NCBI RefSeq assembly: GCF_902459465.1
Contig: NC_047062.1
Coordinates: 32,178,001-32,242,000, forward strand
DNA from: Asterias rubens
Lineage: Eukaryota
Length of the DNA stretch: 64,000 bases
Direction: 5' to 3'
Shown here: positions 23,091 to 47,909 of the stretch, in pieces
Numbering within the stretch: the stretch's first letter is position 1
Layout of the letters: every line of letters starts with the position of its first letter
Made by a program: the position numbers and the translations under genes
The notes under the pieces: generated by a model
The model's database searches: none
The model's input: the letters and a program-made list of their open reading frames with translations, nothing else
Told to the model about the DNA's origin: nothing

Positions 23091-24267
23091 CGCGATCGGC
23101 CGATTGTTCAGGAATGGTTTTGGTGCGCGATCGGCTGATTGTTCAGGAATGGTTATGGTGCGCAATCGGCCGATTGTTCAGGAATGGTTTTGGTGCGCGA
23201 TCGATCGATTGTTCAGGAATGGTTTTGGTGCGCGATCGGCTGATTGTTCAGGAATGGTTTTGGTGCGCGATCGGTTGATTGTTCAGGAATGGTTTTGGTG
23301 CGTGATCGGCCGATTGTTCAGGAATGTTTTGGTGCGCGATCGGCTGATTGTTCAGGAATGGTTTTGGTGCGCGATCGGCTGATTGTTCAGGAATGGTTTT
23401 GGTGCGCGATCGACCGATTGTTCAGGAATGTTTTTGGTGCGCGATCGGCTGATTGTTCAGGAATGGTTTTGGTGCGCGATCGGCCGATTGTTCAGGAATG
23501 GTTTGGGTGCGCGATCGGCCGATTGTTCAGGAATGGTTTTGGTGCGCGATCGGTCGATTGTTCAGGAATGGTTTTGGTGCGCGATCGGCTGATTGTTCAG
23601 GAATGGTTTTGGTGCGCGATCGGTTGATTGTTCAGGAATGGTTTTGGTGCGCGATCGGCCGATTGTTCAGGAATGTTTTTGGTGCGCGATCGGCTGATTG
23701 TTCAGGAATGGTTTTGGTGCGCGATCGGCTGATTGTTCAGGAATGGTGCGCGATCGGTTGATTGTTCAGGAATGGTTTTGGTGCGCGATCGGCTGATTGT
23801 TCAGGAATGGTTTTGGTGCGCGATCGGCCGATTGTTCAGGAATGGTTTGGGTGCGCGATCGGCCGATTGTTCAGGAATGGTTTTGGTGCGCGATCGGTCG
23901 ATTGTTCAGGAATGGTTTTGGTGCGCGATCGGCTGATTGTTCAGGAATGGTTTTGGTGCGCGATCGGTTGATTGTTCAGGAATGGTTTTGGTGCGCGATC
24001 GGCCGATTGTTCAGGAATGTTTTTGGTGCGCGATCGGCTGATTGTTCAGGAATGGTTTTGGTGCGCGATCGGCTGATTGTTCAGGAATGGTGCGCGATCG
24101 GCTGATTGTTCAGGAATGGTTTTGGTGCGCGATCGGTTGATTGTTCAGGAATGGTTTTGGTGCACGATCGGCTGATTGTTCAGGAATGGTTTTGGTGCGC
24201 ATCGGCCGATTGTTCATGAATGGTTTTAGTGCACGATCGGCCGATTGTGCAGGAATGGTTTTGTGCG
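23091..24267 (+). repeat. 35-bp CpG-rich tandem satellite, about 33 units, with a 344-bp higher-order repeat
   Basis: Unit GATTGTTCAGGAATGGTTTTGGTGCGCGATCGGCY. ORFs 23453-23761 and 23797-24105 are identical and offset by 344 bp. Inverted degenerate units lie at about 22980-23075 and 24413-24652. Confidence 0.95.
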
Positions 24268-24994
24268 ACTTCACAAAGATTGATCGAAACTGCAAATCAA
24301 TCATAGTTGCTAACTAAAGTGTGACGTCACAATAAATCACTACGGTAATTCTGAAAATTTGTCTTGCAATGAATTTTATTGCCTTGAGAAACAACCCCCA
24401 GGAATGGTTTACCTGCACGATCGGTCCAACGCGCAAAATCATTCCTGCACGATCGGTCGATAGTGCAAACTCATTCCTGCACGATTGGTAGATCGCGCAA
24501 AGTTTTTCCTTCACGGTCTGTCGATCGCGCAAACCCATTCCTGCACAATCGGCTGATCAAAGAAAAAATACTCGTAGCGCGATCGGTCAATCGCGCAAAG
24601 ATGTTCATTGTTGTGCGATCGACAGCTTGCTGTGCGACCAATTGTGATCGCTAATATAAATAAAAGTGATCGCTAATATAAATCGGGCGAGCACCAGACT
24701 AAAAGCTGGTTACAAGTTTACATCGGAGGAGTGCCTGCAGGACACTGGCGAATAAACAGCCAAGAAGTGGACCCATTTCTGTCGCCCAGCCTCCGCTCCA
24801 ACTGTGACTTAGGTATAACATATAACAAAGTACTGCAGGCTTAACTTTTTGTTTTAATTCTGAATGAAATGGCAAAAGATTGTTGTTTACAATAATATAA
24901 GTGTTTGGTTAAAAACGGTGTATTTGTGTTGGCACTTGAAACGTTTTGGTGACTGATTGCATTGTTCAATTACATGTATGTCAACCGGGATGGA

Positions 24995-25367
24995 TTAAAG
25001 GAACACGTTGCCTTGGATCGGTCCAGTTGGTCTTTGAAAAGTGTTTGTAACCATTTGTTATAAAATGCATATGGTTAGAAAGATATTTTAAAAGTAGAAT
25101 ACAATGATCCACACAAATATGCCTCGAAGTTGCGTGGTTTTCTTTTACTTCGCAAACTAACATAGTCGGCCATTTATGGGAGTAAAAAATTTGACTCCAA
25201 TAAATGGCCGACAGTGTTAGTCGATGAGTTACATAGACACCATGCAATTTCGAGTGATACTTGTGTGGATCATTATATTCTACTTTTAAAATATCTTTCT
25301 AATCATACGGTTTACAAATGCTTTTCAAAGACCAACTCGAACGATTGGAGGCAACGTGTTCCTTTAA
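24995..25367. mobile_element. Second copy of the AGGAACACGTTGCC MITE, in gene B intron 1
   Basis: Same terminal inverted repeats and TTAA flanks as 7317-7707. Confidence 0.85.
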
Positions 25368-25703
25368 CTAACTGTGGAATTAGGTTTGGCATTTGATGCT
25401 TAGATGTAGATAGAATCAGCTTTGAATATTAATTCTTTGGACAGTCGTGTTTAGGCTTACAGTTTGTAATTACATATACTTGAAAATACATTTTAAAGCA
25501 TTAACCCCCTCCAAATAAAAATTAAAAAATAGATTTATAATAACAATAGTAATTCATAATACATAAGATTATATATAGATAATTAAATAAATACATTGCT
25601 TGAAACATGAAAAAGAGTTGTGTCATCATTTGGTTGTATTGTCAATCTTTCCTTTGCCTTACCTTGGCCATAGCTAAATTGTGATTGTTTTTATCTTTTG
25701 TAG

Positions 25704-27244
25704 AACGGCAAATCAGAAACCTCTTCTAAGCCCACTCCCTCCCCTGATGAAGAACTTCAAAGTGCTGCAATCATTTTGTTGAATGCCATGCAAGAGATGA
25801 CAGAAGGCGTGGCACCAAGGCAGGATGATGCTCCGGAATCCACACTCCAAGAGAGGCCCAAGAGAAAGGTTACTAATTGTAGACTTAGTCAACACTCCAA
25901 GCGCACCGCATCACCGAAGGAAAAAAGTGAGCATGATGCAGTCCAGACTACACCGAAAAGGAAGTCTGGTACCAAGGCTCAGAAGCAGAAAGGTAACCCA
26001 GTATTGACTATAACCGACAAGGCAAGTGGAAGCCTCAAGAGTGGAAACCGTCAACCAGCTGATCAGCCCGCCACGCCATCGAAGCCAAAACTTAAGCGAT
26101 TCATTCTTTGCGCACCTACCATACAGAAAAAGAAACATCAGTATGATCCGATGAACATGGTGAAGGCTGTTGAAGCAGTACGAGAAGGGTTATCACCATA
26201 CCATGCTGCTTCCAAGTTTGGTGTCCCAGAATCAACAGTTCGCCTCAAGACGAAAGGTATCGTTAAGACTGATAGTTTACAAACTGATCAATCTTCAGAA
26301 CCTGCAAAGCGTTGGTCGTATAGTAAGGAAACTATGTATAATGCATTCCTTGCTGCAAAAAAAGGCATGTCAGTTTGCTCCGCAGCGAGGCAGTTTGGTG
26401 TCCCAGAATCGTCCCTTAGCAGTAGGCTTAAAAGACCTCATCCGCTTGAGGGCACTCGGAGCAGTCCGCTAAAATTATTCACACCCGATCAAGAACAGAC
26501 GTTGATTGACCACATCAAGCACATGGCACGTATTGGATATCGGTTTGCAAGATGTAACATCAGACTTCTCGCTGGAGACTATGCAAATGCCTGCGGGAAA
26601 AAATTGAAAGCGCAAAAACCACTCAGCAGCAATTGGTATGATCTTGGTTTTATAAAGCGTTGGCCAGACTTACAGTTGATCTTAAAGCCCAGCAAAGCGT
26701 CCGAAGCCAGACGTGCTGCCCAAGACGCTTCTGACAACTACTTCAAGGAGTTGGCTGATATCCTCATCACGAACGATTTGCTTGAATATCCCGGCTGTAT
26801 CTATATCATTGATGATTTTAGCACTAAACCAGAAGCAGATGAAGCTCAGGCGATATCAATCATTGCTGGAGGCAATGCCACCGGTTATTACATCCCACCT
26901 TTGTGTTTCCGGGCAAGAAATGAAATCCTATGCTCATCGAGGGCTCTCCCCCCGAATCGGCCGGCGTGATGTCCGACAACAGCTGGTTGAACTCGGTAAT
27001 CCTCAAGAACTATCTTCAGAAGCATTTCGCCAAGTACGCTCACCTAGCAGACTCAAAACGCAAGGGTCTTAAGACATTGGTCCTGTATGACGGCAACAAG
27101 TACCACCTCTCTCTGTTTATGGCAGACTGGGCCAAGAAGAATCAGGTGATTCTCTTTCTGTTACCACCTAAGGGAAGTCAGGTGACTGAGCAACAAGATG
27201 CTGGGTTGTTGGGTTCGTTCAGGTCCATGTATTCCGATTTGTAG
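25704..27244 (+). pseudogene. Transposase-derived gene B (paralog of A): 2 psq-HTH domains, CENP-B HTH and a disrupted DDE domain
   Basis: Acceptor ttatcttttgtag|AAC GGC AAA TCA GAA ACC is homologous to the one in A. The frame is open 25704-26969. There is an apparent 4-nt deletion at about 26900 and a TGA at 26921-26923 (probably from TGG). The DDE remainder runs in a shifted frame to TAG at 27244. Confidence 0.75.
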
Positions 27245-28425
27245 GCCTACACCTATCGTCTGACCATGTTGTCCCTTGTCTTTGTCTTTGTTTGTGTTCC
27301 TTAGTATCATGTTTGTCTGTCAATAGGTTAGGGCACAAAAGCATTTTGCTTAACCTTACACCTAAATGTTGTCTTTAAATTACTACTTGTTTATTTATTT
27401 ATTTTGAAGTATTGTGTACCTAATCATACCTCATACTATATTGCTTGTTTTAATTTTGACATAAATGTACGCTATTGTATTATTGTTTTGTATGACAGCA
27501 TTGAAATAAATGTACTGAATAATAATAATATTCTCACTTGGTGTAGTCCAACTTGGTGTATTCCAACATGTATGCATACAATAGCAAATCTGTGGAGTTT
27601 TTACTAAATTGGTCAAGGATGTTGCACGAAAATAAGGAAAGAAGAAACACCCTTTTTGCACAAATTTGTGTGCCTTCAGATGCCTTAAAAAGGCTTCAGG
27701 TCTGAAGTTTTTTAGATGAGAGCTTACCTCTTTCTCAAAATCTATGTTACTGCAGAGGGGAGCCGCTTCTCACAATATTCTATAGGCCTACTATCAACAG
27801 CTCGTTACCGAGTAAGTTTTTATGCAAAAATGATTTTGAGTAATTACCCATAGTGTCCAGTGCCTTTAAACAATTTTTATGTTAATAAATTTCACTTGTA
27901 AAATAGAAAAGTCAGCAGCATTGTCATTTGTTTTGACCTTTGCGGCTTGTAAATACATGATAGTTTTTGAAGTAAAATAAACAATTAGTAGTTTTATATA
28001 CATTTTTGCATTTTTTCAACCATTTACATACATGTATATATTACTTTACAGATTGTTAATTTAAATTTTGAGTTAAAATTAAATTTTAAAACTAGCGATG
28101 GATTTGTAGTTTATTTTGACATTTTAAATATCTGTGCGTACCCACTACCCACATTATTATTTTGGGGAACTTTTTAAAGCTTTGGTTATTATTTTTCTTT
28201 GAAAATATCGTTGCCACAACAAAACCCTGACTTGATAAAGGAAATAAAATAGAATTAGCTGATTGCAAACAACTTACCAACCAAATGGAGCGATGGTATA
28301 AATGCAAAAAATAGTTAATGGCCTGACATTTTTATCCTAGCAAAGTCTTTCTCGAAGGCTAAATGAACAAGGAAAGACAACAAGCAAAAATCTCATAATT
28401 AGCACTGGTATTTGAAGTTATCTGG

Positions 28426-28630
28426 GCCCAATTTCATGACTCTGTTTACCCCTGTTTTCTTGCACTTACGATCACGATTCCCCACTTTAGGTGCAAGTGC
28501 CGAATCTGCGCTAGCCTCGTAAACGTAGAATGCTTAGTAACGTGAAGTACGCACGCGCAGAAGCCAAAATTCCTTGCTTCGGTAAGCGTCGATTCTGTGC
28601 TTACGGTAAGCAGAGCCATGATATTGGGCC
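28426..28630. mobile_element. GGCCCAATTTCAT-terminus MITE family with CWG target duplication (Harbinger-like)
   Basis: ctg|GGCCCAATTTCATG...CATGATATTGGGCC|ctg. Relatives at about 1360-1705, 4778-4830, 18695-18860, 20330-20572, 59495-59700 and 62428-62500. Confidence 0.7.
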
Positions 28631-28742
28631 CTGGTTGTCGAGTGAGAAAATTGAGCAGAGAAAATTTATTTGCAGAGCCTTAATCATGAGTCAAAGCTGA
28701 AATGTGCCACTGTATGCTGGCATCTTGGAATGTTCTGACTTA

Positions 28743-29207
28743 AGCCCGGTTCATACTACATGCGAACGCAAATGCGATACAAATTTTGACGCCACAAATT
28801 GGCAACGAATAGTTTGTAATAAGTGAACTGAGTTCGACTCCTGCGAAACATTCCCCTGCGAAAACTGCCATGTGCCGTCAAAATTCGATTCGCATTTGCA
28901 GAATGTACATGTATGAACAGCTGGTTTAATTCACAACAGTTGAACTGTGGTCAACTCCTGAGAAACGTTCACTGCAAAATAGCCATGTGCCGTCAATATT
29001 TGATTCGCATTCGCAGAAAGTCTGTGTTCAGGGAAACATTCGCTGCAAAAACAACCATGTGACGGCAAAATTTGTATCGCCTGAAGTATGAGTGGGGCTT
29101 AATTCGTAACAGTTGAGCTATATTCAACTTCTGCACAACGTTCCCTCCGTAAACAGCCATGTGACGTCTAAATTCACTTTGAATTCCCAGGAAGTATGAA
29201 CCGGGCT
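28743..29207. mobile_element. PIF/Harbinger-like MITE with TTA target duplication and internal ~110-bp subrepeats
   Basis: tta|AGCCCGGTTCATAC...GTATGAACCGGGCT|tta. Confidence 0.75.
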
Positions 29208-29471
29208 TTACCCACCATCAATGTAACAAGAATGTACACAACAATGGTGGCAGCCTGTCCATTTCGTTTGTGCTCAGGGGAAGGAAGGATGGCGCTACAC
29301 TGCTGGGGAAATACCCCACATACACATGTAAGTGTGGTGTTCAGGAGGCACCATTGACTGCAGGAAAGGTCCATTCGTGGGAGCTGGATGACTGAATCTA
29401 AATTTATATAATCTTTTTATTATATTGTGCAGCTGATATTTTATTTTTATTATTTTATGGTTTTATTTTAG

Positions 29472-42424
<12,953 letters not shown>

Positions 42425-45400
42425 AGTCTTATTCATAATTATATTAATTATAATATTAATAGAGTGGAAGGGAAGACATGAGTTGCTCTTTTTATTTCCT
42501 TTTTCTTTTTTCGCCATTTAAACAATTACAGGCCTGGATTTACATTGAGGCCATGGCCTCCGTTGCCCCTGGTTTTGGCCTTGGTGCCCTTCGAAAGTTA
42601 CCCACTGACTTTAAGATTTTCCAATGGAAGTGCCCTTTTCAAAGTGAAAATGGCCTTGCCCTTTGAAACATGTTCAAAAACGAAATTCCTGGCCTGCAAT
42701 TTAATTGTAGGCTAGGTTTGCAGAAGCACGATGTGCAAATCTCCTGAAGACAATCAGAGCGTACTAAGCGTAACGTTGAATTGTCAACCACCGGTTATTT
42801 TCACAGCCAATACTACTCAAAAGAGATTTACACATTGTGCCGCTGCAAACTTCACCTAATTGACATCCTATCCTACCCATTAAGCCATTTGCGTGTTAGA
42901 TTTGAATATTGTCTTGTACAATGACTTGCTTAATCATAAGTTACCACTTCAATATGAATTTCTCAGACTATAGAGACAGTTGCTATGTCAAATGATTCAG
43001 GGCGAGATTTTGCGTAGTAACGTAAGAGACAGCAAACACCCATACACAATTCTGAATGAATGTGTATGGCACAATGGTACCAGGGTCTGCTCATCTGGAA
43101 AATGCTATGCTAAGGCTTGCCCCGAACCATTTGACATAGCAACTATCTCTACAGTCTGAGGAATTCAAATTTAAGCGGTAACTTGTGACGAAGCAAGTCA
43201 TTGTACCAAACATTATTCAAATCTAGCTTGCAAATGGCTTATTATCCTACCCAATAAATGATCATACTTTGATACTTACCAATGCACATCCTTTACGTAG
43301 CAGGCTAGTTGAAGCAAATTTCTATTTATAGTGTCTAACTTGAACTATTCTTGGACATTTACAATCTATTTTTAGCTACACATCAAGCAAGCATAAAACA
43401 GTCAAACTTGTACTTTTTGTTCTTGCAAAACAAAACAAAAAGTGCTGTTTACTTATCATAAGTATTTACAGAAATGATTATTTAGTTATCATAATTAATA
43501 ATTAAGTACTTTAATTTGGAGTTGAACAAAGAACAACTGACAAGAGTGGGTTTTAAAACTAGGTTAACATGTCGGCACTCTACCAACTTAGCAATCTAGC
43601 CCTATGTTGGCAGTCTCCCTATTCTGTCAATATCTTTGCTCGGGGTTGCCAGTCAGAAGCCATTCCAGCTGTAATTGTCGTCAAAGAAGTTTAGGAGAAA
43701 GGCTGGGACCTTTTACAGGTGCGTAAATAACAGCGGGACCCTGCAGAGCTCTGGCCGGGTTTTTAACAACTAAGTACAGGTTTTTTATGATGTTCCTTTG
43801 ACATTTAAACACAGGGTGGACATGAGCTGAGTAAGGTTTTTACTTCTCTAATCATTTTCAACTTTCTCATTCTTTATAAAACAGACACAACAACAAACAA
43901 ACAAACAAACAAACAAAAAGAGGAATTAAGAACATTTCAAAGGGGTCCATCAGACCATAGTTTTGTTGTTGCTATATTAAAAGTGTCATTATGTCATTTC
44001 TTTCCAGTCAATGCATAATATGTACAGTGCTCAACATTAAGTACCAATCAAGGTATTCTTTGTTACAGTCATTTGTGAACCATTACTAGACACACAAAAA
44101 CAGAATTAGCAGTGGTTTTTTTTCAAGAATCAAGGGAAAGGTTGTTGCATATAAAGCCCCTTCTGTTTTTAATCTCCTTGTGTTTTTATTGAACATACAC
44201 AGGAAAAGTTGCCTTATTTTAGATCACCAATACATGCAATGGGCAAGTGAGCCTGGAGAAAATTCCTTTGAAATTCTAAGGAATTGAAATTATAATAATT
44301 GACTCAAGTTTTAAGAAGAAGCCTGCTTGACCATTTCCCTGTTGTTTTGGGGGTACTTTCAAAACATATCATTCAACATTGGTGTAACTGGTATTGTTGT
44401 GGATGTTAATTGCAAAATTTGTCCCATTTATTGTGTTTCTGGAAATTGTTTACATTCATACAAAATGTCATATATCTATATCTACGTATTTAAATGTGTT
44501 CTGATGAAATTTAATTATTTTGTTGCTGTAATTGGCCGGGAAAACCTTCACTTTGTCTTTACACTCTGGTATTGTATGCTGTGAGAAAATATATAAAGTT
44601 AAGTGGCAAAAATCGATAGGTATCTAAACACTTGGTCTTGTAAACTACAACATTATTTCTTGCAAGAAAATAGTGTTCACTTTCCATATTATTTGCTATC
44701 AAATAAACTGCTTTGCTTCAAAGTCAAGTTACAAAATATAATTGTTAAACTTTTCAGAATACTATTTCAGAGTTTTAATGTTTTGTAACACAGTTGTCTT
44801 GTGTAGGTCCTGGTCAGCTTTGGCGGTATCAAGAAACATGCAGTGTAGGGAGAATCTTGAACAAGTGACTGCAAACAGAAAAACAAAAAAAACAACTACT
44901 AACGAACAAACAAACGGGGGAAAGACACCACAAACAAAATGACAGAGGGATTAACACAACAACAAAAACAATATTGACCATATTTTTGACCGCATGGGAG
45001 AGCTTTCCTTGCATTACAATAGGAGACTTTTGAACACTAGGTGGCAGTAGACTAAACAGGTAGACCCGCAGGTTGTGGGTTCGAATCCCACCCGAGTAAC
45101 ATGCCTGTAAATTTTATTCACAGAGCTCGGGAAAGTACTGAGTAGTGCTAACACACATCGGTGTTTATGGGTATGAATCAAAATCAATATTCTGTTAACC
45201 CTAATGCAAATTTCCATCTATTTAAAGATTCCCCAACAATCTCCTATTGCACCTTTAGCCCCTTTCACACGAGACCAATTTAGCAAGGGTCCTTTGCTAA
45301 ATCGTAGCATGGTTGTAAAGTTTTACAAAATGTAGCTCGTGTGAAAGGATGAACATTTGTTTCTACTGTTCAATTTCTCTTGAAAATTTAGACAAATAGG

Positions 45401-45870
45401 GCTACATTACAACCATGCTAAGATTAAGCTAGGGACCCCTGTTTAATTGCTGCCATGTGAATGGCACTTTTGTTTGAGGTGTATTTTTTATCTTGACTGC
45501 CTGCATATTGTTTTCTTGGTTAACTACCGGTGTTACCACAAAACTCTCTAAAGTCCCTTTCACACGAGAGCCATTCAGCAAGGGTCCCTTGCTAAATTTT
45601 AGCATGGTTTTAAATTTTACAAAATGTACCTCTCGTGAAAGGAAAATTGTATGTGTACTGTCCAAAGTCTCTGAAATCTTGTCAAACAATATTGCTACAC
45701 TTTACAACCATGCTAAAATTAAGCGAGGGACCACTGTTAAAATTGTGTAGTGTGAACAGCACTTGAGTTAGTTAGTTCTATGGTTAGTTTTACTTTCTTT
45801 GCACAACATGCATTTGATTTACGTACGCCCCCAGTAAGCGGTCAAAAATACTGCGAGAGTGCAATTATTA

Positions 45871-47909
45871 TTATTTTTTACTTGGTTTTTCTTCTGCGGT
45901 GTTTCGTTGTTCTCGTCTCCTTGCCAGTACGTACTCAAGATACGTCAAATAACCGTCATTGTTGAAATCATCTTCAGATAAAACTTGGTCAATCATTGCT
46001 GCAAAACAAAACAAGTCCCCCAAAATAATAAAACTGTTAATGAATTTCCGATCTTGTGTATATACGCAAGGGTGATAGATTCATTTTAAGAAAACAATTT
46101 CATTTTATTAAAATAAATGTCGGAGAAGAAAGTGTAAAAGGTCAGGGGAAATGGACCACTTTTAAATGCACTTCTAGTGACTTAAAACTATAGTTTTCGT
46201 TTTGCATAATTTTTATAAACCAAAAATATCACGTTGTATTCTAAAATAAATTGAATCTGATTATCGTTACTGACAACGTTTTTTAAGGTGGTTTACTCCA
46301 AAATGTAGATTATTCTTTCTGCTTGAAAAAACCGCTCCAGTTCTTTGACATTAACTCAAAAACGCTATAGGCCTAAACCACCTTTTGAAATGTTCGCATG
46401 TTAGTTTCCACGTATTATACAATAATCTTATCAATGGTTTTCTACAGGACAACAATTTGTCAATTTGCTATTATGACATAAAGAAAAATGTTTACCTGCG
46501 TAATATATATTCCTATCTTCGGCAGCGGCTTCTGCGTTTTTACTCTTATCTGCTTCGTATCCCATGGCGTGAGAAATAGCAGCCAGTATCTCCAAACCAT
46601 CTAACTTAGTGTTGTTATCAAAATCGTGCAACCTGCACACAAATCAAGAAAATATTTCGTCAAAAAATTAATATTTATTTCCTTTGTTGTGTGTGTTAAT
46701 GAAGCTAGCACGCTTTCAAATGCATTGCCTCTTAGGGGAAGAGGCCTTCGTTTCAACTTGAGTAATTTTATTGGTTGTGCCTGTACTCTGTAGCGACCCC
46801 AAAAAGAATTGTGAAATGTATTATTCATCTTTCTGGGAACGAAACCTATAGGTATACCTAAATGCCCGCAGTGGACACTATTGGTAATTACTCAAAATAA
46901 TTATCAGCAAAAAACCTCACTTCGTAATGAGTAATGGGGAGAGGTTGATAGTATAAAACACTGTGAGAAACGGCTCCCTCTGAAGTGACGTATAGTTTTC
47001 GAGAAAGAAGTAATTTTCCACGAATTTGAATTCGAGGCCTCAAGTTTAGAATTTGAGGTCTCGAAATCAAGCATCTGAAAGCACCCAACTTCGTGTGACT
47101 AGGGTGTGTTTTTTCGTAGTTATCTCGGAACTCTGACAACCAATCGAGCTCAAATGTTCACAGGTTTGTTATTTTATGCGTATGTTAGGATACACCAAGT
47201 GAGGAGACTGGTTTTTGACATTTACCAATGGAAGAAACGTCAGTTTTATAGATGTGTGAGGAAAATCCCAAAGGGGGGAATAACAAGCAATCGAGTAGGG
47301 ACTGAAAACTCAAGCCACACGCAACGCTCCGGTCTCTGGCGGGATTTGAACCGAGTTCTAGAGAGGTTAAAAAGGCAGGGAAGAAATACGGGGTACTTTT
47401 ATAAAAACTCCAGACTTACTTGAAATAATGAAATTCTAGTTCTTCGTCGTTCATATCCTTTTCTTGTTTACTGGATCCTGTCAACTCATCAAGATGTTCC
47501 TTAACGTGACTGAAAGTTATCAACAGGTCAATTAAATAATTAAAGAATTAAAGAATTAAATATTTACTTTGTTAAGTAGAGATTAAGCAAACATGGTTAA
47601 TTATCATCATTTTTTTTTTAAGATTACCGTATCCTGCCACCACCTTTTCACTCATTCTTTACCAAAAGGAATATCTCATTTTGAGGTAATTTGATTCTAA
47701 TTTATATTAAATCGAATGAAAAAGTGCTTGAAGAATACGGATTTTTTTTGTTGGTGACGATGGATTTTAAATGACAATACCTACTCTTTATTTCTGACAA
47801 CATCCGGATCGTGGAATTTCGATTTTGATTTGGCACCGTCGGGTGAAGAGGCAACGAATGTACACGAGAACAAGATGGCTGCAAAAGTTAGTAGTAAAAC
47901 TTGGTACAT
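45871..47909 (-). CDS. MCFD2: Multiple coagulation factor deficiency protein 2 homolog (secretory two-EF-hand cargo receptor subunit), about 159 aa
   Basis: Exons 47785-47909, 47420-47509, 46496-46632, 45871-45998, total 480 nt. Signal peptide MYQVLLLTFAAILFSCTFVASS, then HVKEHL...[29 protein letters not shown] and IDQVLSEDDFNNDGYLTYLEY. An in-frame upstream ATG/alternative start to 47966 is possible. Confidence 0.9.

Noticed and set aside
23091-24267. Regular ~35-bp repeats resembling a CRISPR array, plus many overlapping 67-148-aa ORFs
   Set aside because: Units are directly adjacent with no unique spacers, there are no cas genes and the context is eukaryotic. The ORFs are artefacts of a stop-poor repeat.
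45030-45050. CTCF-like motif CACTAGGTGGCAG (also CCACAAGAGGGCGCTG on the minus strand at about 52183-52198)
   Set aside because: Short motif matches are frequent by chance, the first lies inside a repeat, and they cannot be supported without ChIP data.
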